In this document: in pieces, positions 52,363 to 56,364 of the stretch
How positions within the stretch are numbered: the first letter of the stretch is position 1
How the letters are laid out: the number at the start of each line of letters is the position of its first letter
Assembly (NCBI GenBank): GCA_043757105.1
Contig: JAYVPZ010000350.1
Span: 1 to 56,364, forward strand
DNA length: 56,364 bases
Direction of reading: 5' to 3'
Source: Aestuariivirga sp.
Lineage (GTDB): Bacteria; Pseudomonadota; Alphaproteobacteria; Rhizobiales; Aestuariivirgaceae
Notes under the pieces: model-generated
The model's input: the letters and a program-made list of their open reading frames with translations, nothing else
Told to the model about the DNA's origin: nothing
Databases searched by the model: none
Translations under genes and position numbers: made by a program

Positions 52363-52871
52363 GGCTTCTTAATGCTCTCTTCAAGAACAAATTCACCCAA
52401 AACACGACTGAGCCATTTCGTCGTATGTTTTTCATCGAGCTTCTTTGGATTGAAGCCAGCTTCCGTCAACAATCGCTCGAGGGATATCATGCGGTCGCGA
52501 CACTTCATGTGAACACCAAAGCGCAGGCTGGCCTTGTCAGGGCCACACAACACCCAAGCATCTTTCCGAGTCAGCGCATGAGCCCAAAGCGATTGCTCTC
52601 CGAGGTCGAGAGCAATCCCGTCTGCATTTAGCAAAACATTTGCGCGCTCAAGATCGGACACGGCGTGAACAGCTTTAAGCTCTTTGCGCAATTGCACAGG
52701 ATCGATATTTTCCTCAGGCGTGCGCCGCTGAAATCCGGTCTGTGTTTCCATCACACAATCTTCAACAGTCTCGACAACGTAGCCGCCTGACAATGCACCC
52801 CATGTCCCATCCTTATGAGCGTCAAGTATTGTCATCGTATCGACGAGAACTGGACCGGTGTGCCGCGCCAT
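52359..52871 (-). CDS. PIN-like domain protein (putative toxin/effector)
   Basis: VLVDT..I N-terminal strand, LDLGE and GPDKA acidic motifs typical of PIN folds; 6 nt after the peptidase gene, 4-nt overlap with drmA. Confidence 0.6.
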   Translation of the reverse strand: MARHTGPVLVDTMTILDAHKDGTWGALSGGYVVETVEDCVMETQTGFQRRTPEENIDPVQLRKELKAVHAVSDLERANVLLNADGIALDLGEQSLWAHALTRKDAWVLCGPDKASLRFGVHMKCRDRMISLERLLTEAGFNPKKLDEKHTTKWLSRVLGEFVLEESIKKP

Positions 52872-52877
52872 GGAGCT

Positions 52878-53984
52878 TCACACACCATCAGGCTTTGCTA
52901 CGCCATGAATGGCGAAGAGCTCAATCATTTCGTCAGTTGTCAGGTCCACTAATCCAGCGGCGCGACGGAGCGATACGCGGCCTTGATCAATAGCCTTACC
53001 GAGCACGTCCATAAAAAGATGTGAGAACAGCGGCGACTTTTCGGTATTCTTTCCGGCGTGACCATTGTTGCGAAGTTGCGCGTCCTTGATCTCTTTGCCA
53101 AGCGCCTGCTTCAAAACGCCAAGAGCGACGAGTCTCCACTTGAGCGCTGATGCCGTCACTTGCAGCTCATCAGCAACCGACTTCAATTTGTTAACAAGCT
53201 CGCCAGCATCTAAGTTTGCCCAGTCGCCAAATCGAGCCAGCACACGTTTAGGCATAAGCAATGCGGAAGCAAAATTATTTGCAAGTTGCTCAACGCGGTT
53301 CACACTGTACTCGGCTGAGGATTCGAAATGCTCGGGCGGCATTGCATCCCACGTTAAAATGTGAAACAGCTCATGCGCCAAATCAAAATTGCGGCGGCCA
53401 ATATTTTCATTGCGATTGATCAATACGGCATCAACTTCAGGTAAGCGGCACGCAGCACCTGAAATTCCCTCAAACGCATCAACCATCAAAACCAGAATGC
53501 GAAGATCCTTTTCCATAACTTCGCCCAAGCGCACTGCAGGCACATCGCCAAGTTGGAATTCATCGGCGAACTGTTCTCCAGCTTCCATCGCCGCTTCAAA
53601 TGTCGAAGTCTTTGCAATGCGAAGTGTTGTTCGAAGTGTTGGTGCGGACATTTTTACTTGCGGTGCAATCACACGGAAAGCCGCAATCCAACGTCCCGCC
53701 AACCTTTCATAGGCGTCAAGCTTGGCAGCCTGCACGCCCGTGTGCCGCCAAGAAAATCTGCCCTCCCCATCAAGCCGGAAGGGATCGGTGAAATAGTCGA
53801 GAGTTTCGCCCAGTTTGGTCACCGCAAGCATCAGCTCTTCAGCCGAAACTTTGCGTTCCCCGGTTTCAATGGCCGATACGGTCTGCCGGTCCTTGAACCC
53901 AAAAATACCTGCAAGGTCTTCCTGCGAAAGGTTTTTTCGCTCTCGTAAGGCCTTGATACGTGTTCCAATAAGTTGCGCGGTCAT
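52878..53984 (-). CDS. XRE HTH + ImmA/IrrE-family zinc metallopeptidase
   Basis: N-terminal HTH (IKALRE...SQEDLA...QTVSAIETGER), R.NFDLAHELFH (HExxH), EQLANNFASALLMP. Confidence 0.92.
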   Translation of the reverse strand: MTAQLIGTRIKALRERKNLSQEDLAGIFGFKDRQTVSAIETGERKVSAEELMLAVTKLGETLDYFTDPFRLDGEGRFSWRHTGVQAAKLDAYERLAGRWIAAFRVIAPQVKMSAPTLRTTLRIAKTSTFEAAMEAGEQFADEFQLGDVPAVRLGEVMEKDLRILVLMVDAFEGISGAACRLPEVDAVLINRNENIGRRNFDLAHELFHILTWDAMPPEHFESSAEYSVNRVEQLANNFASALLMPKRVLARFGDWANLDAGELVNKLKSVADELQVTASALKWRLVALGVLKQALGKEIKDAQLRNNGHAGKNTEKSPLFSHLFMDVLGKAIDQGRVSLRRAAGLVDLTTDEMIELFAIHGVAKPDGV

Positions 53985-54007
53985 GCCAGTCTCCCTGCCC
54001 TCATGTA

Positions 54008-54045
54008 ATCTTGCGAAATCTATTTTGCAAGATAATCTTGCAAAG
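54008..54045. promoter_or_regulatory. Triple ATCTTGCAAGAT-type operator upstream of the HTH-peptidase gene
   Basis: ATCTTGCGAAAT (54008), ATTTTGCAAGAT (54022), ATCTTGCAAAG (54035); includes the perfect IR TTTGCAAGAT-A-ATCTTGCAAA (54024-44). Confidence 0.7.
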
Positions 54046-54118
54046 GCGGGTTAATTTATTGTCGCTTCGATATAGTGTGTTCAGTGACTGAACGGACCAC
54101 TAAATGTTGAATGTTAAC

Positions 54119-54349
54119 TCAATCATCGGTCGCATCTTCTTCTTCATCCTCCCCTTCATCCGCCACTACCACCAGCCCGGCGGCGCGTTCTTCGGCGGCG
54201 CGTTGGGCGTTCAGGGCGAGAAGGCGGGCTAGGACTTCGTCTTTGAAGGTGGCTGGCCAGTCGAGGCGGGTTTTTGGCGTTTTGCCTTCATCCGCATCTT
54301 GTTCGATGAATTCGGGTGCGGCAGCGTCGGCCAGATCGTCCCAGCCATA
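54119..54349 (-). pseudogene. 3' remnant (76 codons) of a DrmMI / type IIG-like DNA methyltransferase
   Basis: Manual translation YGWDDLA...RLDWP..FKDEVLARLLALNAQRAAEE...EEEDATDD*; no start of its own and not in the ORF track. Confidence 0.75.
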
Positions 54350-54666
54350 CCGGCGCGAAATGGGGCCTGCAGAAGATCTCTGTCAGCAGCTGTTGCGGAA
54401 CGCCACCTTATTGCACGTAAGTGTGCAGCCAGCACCTCTGCCTTGTCGGGCAAGCCAGTGCCAATATTTCGCCAGCTGTCTGTATCGAGTTCAACAGCTC
54501 CGATTTCAGCGTCCCAAAGTACGTCAAGTCTTTCGCCCTGAGCATCATCGGAGATACATGATAATCTCAGCGTCTGGATGTCATTCGCTTCACCGATGAC
54601 GTCCTCTACCAACCAAGACTTCCCCCTGATACTTACGAAGCTTGGTGTTCCGATTATTGTATTCAA
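54350..54666 (-). pseudogene. drmD: 5' remnant of DISARM SNF2-like helicase DrmD
   Basis: FV.IRG..WLVE...LSCI.DDAQGE.L.VLWDAE...IRW.SATAADR.LLQAPFRAG, then abrupt loss of similarity; probable TTG start at 54666. Confidence 0.72.
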
Positions 54667-54796
54667 TTGTTTTGCCCAATCCCCAAAATTTATAATGCAA
54701 CTAAAAGAAAAAGAATGCCATTCTGAATTTTGAGCGGACCCCTGCAACATTTAGCCCCAAGAAATATTTACCGAGGCCACTGCGAAATTTTCTCGC

Positions 54797-55135
54797 TTAG
54801 GCAGGTTTTTTTCTTAAGGATACTATAGCTTCTGCCTGAGTGGCAGCAGCTTCAAGATCTGCGTCTTTCATGACTTTAGCTGCCGCCAGTAAGCGGTCTT
54901 GCAGAATAGTGCGTTTTGAGTGCTCAGTTAAATGACTCCCGACACCCAATAATTCATTGGGGGAGGAGCAAAGCACGTCAGCGATTTTGACTAACAACGC
55001 TAGGTCAGGCTCGTTTCTGCCGCTGACGTAATGAGCATAACGACGCTCACTGAGTCCGACACGGCGGGCGACTTCGGCATGGGATAGGCCCAGTTCTTCG
55101 GCGCGACTTTTGAGGTTTTTGGCGAAAATCAGCAT
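54797..55135 (-). CDS. XRE-family HTH regulator
   Basis: FAKNLKSRAEELGLSHAEVARRVGLSERRY.HYVSGRNEPDL..L.KIA.VL. Confidence 0.88.
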   Translation of the reverse strand: MLIFAKNLKSRAEELGLSHAEVARRVGLSERRYAHYVSGRNEPDLALLVKIADVLCSSPNELLGVGSHLTEHSKRTILQDRLLAAAKVMKDADLEAAATQAEAIVSLRKKPA

Positions 55136-55137
55136 AT

Positions 55138-55150
55138 GAACAAAATGTTC
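55138..55150. promoter_or_regulatory. Palindromic putative operator next to the XRE start codon
   Basis: GAACA-AAA-TGTTC, 2 nt from the ATG, inside the 81-bp divergent gap. Confidence 0.45.
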
Positions 55151-55216
55151 CTGCTGGGTTGAACTTGTCTATGTAGGATATGTACGGTAACTACAGAACA
55201 AATCCTGTGGTTTGAT

Positions 55217-55531
55217 ATGTCTGAAACTTATTCATCGATTGTAAAATGGTTGGTAGTTGCACTGGCATTATCGCCAGCTTGGGCCACTTTGGTGTGGCAC
55301 TTATGGATGGTAGCAATCAAACCACGTTTAATCCCACGCGAACGCATTATCCGGATGGCAGATGAACTCAGAATCGAATATGGCGAAGCAGCCGAGGACG
55401 TGGCCTTCACTTATGAAGACCGGGCGTGGCGGCGCTCCGAGACACTTGAGCAGGGCATCTGGCACCAAGTGCGACTTGAACTCTATAGGCGGCGCGAAGT
55501 TAGCCGCAAAACATCCGTTTCACGGCAGTAA
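55217..55531 (+). CDS. Small membrane-anchored hypothetical protein (paralog of 46916-47188)
   Basis: Hydrophobic N-terminus then IP..I.R.ADEL...G..A..VA...DRA...S...EQ..W..V..E, shared with 46916-47188. Confidence 0.78.
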   Translation: MSETYSSIVKWLVVALALSPAWATLVWHLWMVAIKPRLIPRERIIRMADELRIEYGEAAEDVAFTYEDRAWRRSETLEQGIWHQVRLELYRRREVSRKTSVSRQ

Positions 55532-55607
55532 AAACGACTTAGAATTAGAGGTTGCTAACGTCTTCTCCACGATAATGTAGAGTGAACGATCGCTCATATT
55601 TATCCCA

Positions 55608-56086
55608 TCACTTATTTTCCAAAATGTCAGGGTATTTTTTGACGACGTCCGCCTCGTCCGCATTTGCCTTGTGATCAACAAACTCAATTCTAAATACGCC
55701 TCCCAAACTCTTCACGTCATCAAGCTCCCATTTGACCGCGAGTTCTAACCAAAGCTGTATCGCCTTAAGATCACCTTTCATGACCCTATTTCTTAAGGCC
55801 ATGAATGCCAATTCAGCGGAAGATAGCTTTCTCAATCTGCCTTTATCAGTCACAGTCAGCTTTTCATTCATGACTTTGCGGAACAAGCCTTTAGCGTGAA
55901 GGCACCCTTGGGCCTGCCTGTTCGATTGCCTGATTGCCCGGGTTTAAACCGCGAATGCGTCGGCGGCTTTTTATATCCGACCATTTCACGGGTTTGGTTT
56001 GATAGATTTTCTTGAGCAGTGATATCTGGCTCGATAGCGTTGGAATTCAATTTTGATTGATTGTTGTTGTCATCGCCTTCATCCAT
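55608..56086 (-). pseudogene. DUF5681-like protein split by a 1-nt frameshift near 55890
   Basis: VGYKKPP.HSRFKPGQSGN..GRPKG in one frame, continuing as LFRKVMNEKLTVT..G...KLS..E...KGDLKA in the adjacent frame; ATG 56086 with AGGAGG RBS. Confidence 0.72.
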
Positions 56087-56268
56087 GGTTTGCCTCCTGC
56101 GATATGGCGCTATGGGCCGACGCGGTTGCTTCAACACTTACGGGATCCGATATGCATGAGGCACTGAGATATTCAATTCTAAGTTCATTTGTCATTACAC
56201 ATACTCCATAGATAGGTTGACTCTAAAATTGAGTCCTACCGGGCGGAGTAGATGGAATTACCATAACC

Positions 56269-56364
56269 TAGAGCATCGGATGGTCAATTGAATCCATATC
56301 CAGCTGCGGTGAAGTAGTTGGAGCATTCTTCGTCCGTGAACAAACTGCAAATGTTGCCGATTGC
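56269..56364 (-). mobile_element. End of an IS630-family insertion sequence (transposase C-terminus, continues beyond window)
   Basis: Minus-strand frame 56364-56284 reads AIGNICSLFTDEECSNYFTAAGYGFN*, a typical IS630 transposase tail; element ends at TAGAGCATCGG with a TA dinucleotide. Confidence 0.78.

Larger units (their letters stand above)
46325..56364. mobile_element. Genomic island at tRNA-Ala 3' end (serine-recombinase/DUF2924-type, defence cargo); right end outside window
   Basis: Abrupt change from housekeeping genes to recombinase, XRE regulators, defence genes, pseudogenes and an IS; no second att copy seen in the window. Confidence 0.8.

Noticed and set aside
49219-54666. A functional, complete DISARM system
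   Set aside because: drmD and the methyltransferase are fragments, drmA appears truncated, and drmB/drmC are absent from the window
54229-54750. 173-aa ORF treated as a real gene
   Set aside because: Chimera of the drmD 5' fragment and an out-of-frame read of the methyltransferase remnant
55147-55161. Alphaproteobacterial LexA box (GTTC-N7-GTTC)
   Set aside because: Second half-site is GTTG; the overlapping GAACA/TGTTC palindrome is better explained as a local XRE operator

Overview
Replication-origin region of an alphaproteobacterial chromosome (gene order and DivL/CtrA/parS signatures suggest Hyphomicrobiales/Rhizobiales; this is inference). Bases 1-46,118 are dense housekeeping sequence: ftsK-lolA-xth, leuS-lptE-holA, the reverse-strand hemE-hemJ-rho-mnmE-mnmG-rsmG-parA-parB block with two parS sites, a candidate oriC between hemE and maf (DnaA-like boxes, a perfect CtrA box overlapped by an IHF consensus), maf-aroE-coaE-dnaQ, secB, Tim44-mltA-Smr, ahcY, divL-tsaE/amgK-murU-addB-addA-trxA, and aroA-cmk-pyrF-trpFBA-accD-folC. 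Anomalies in this part are an in-frame TAG in accD, an RHH-RelE/ParE toxin-antitoxin pair between trpB and trpA, and a 105-bp TA-bounded double-hairpin MITE-like element. After tRNA-Ala(GGC) (46,249-46,324) an integrated island runs off the window end. It carries a large serine recombinase, a DUF2924-like gene and a decayed class I DISARM-like locus (drmD 5' end fused out of frame to the methyltransferase 3' end, drmA apparently truncated, no drmB/drmC). Nested inside that locus is an intact, operator-controlled HTH-metallopeptidase + PIN-like pair. The island also has two copies of an unnamed module (XRE regulator divergent from a small membrane-anchored protein), a frameshifted DUF5681-like gene and the end of an IS630-family element. 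All family assignments are from motif recognition; no database search was run.
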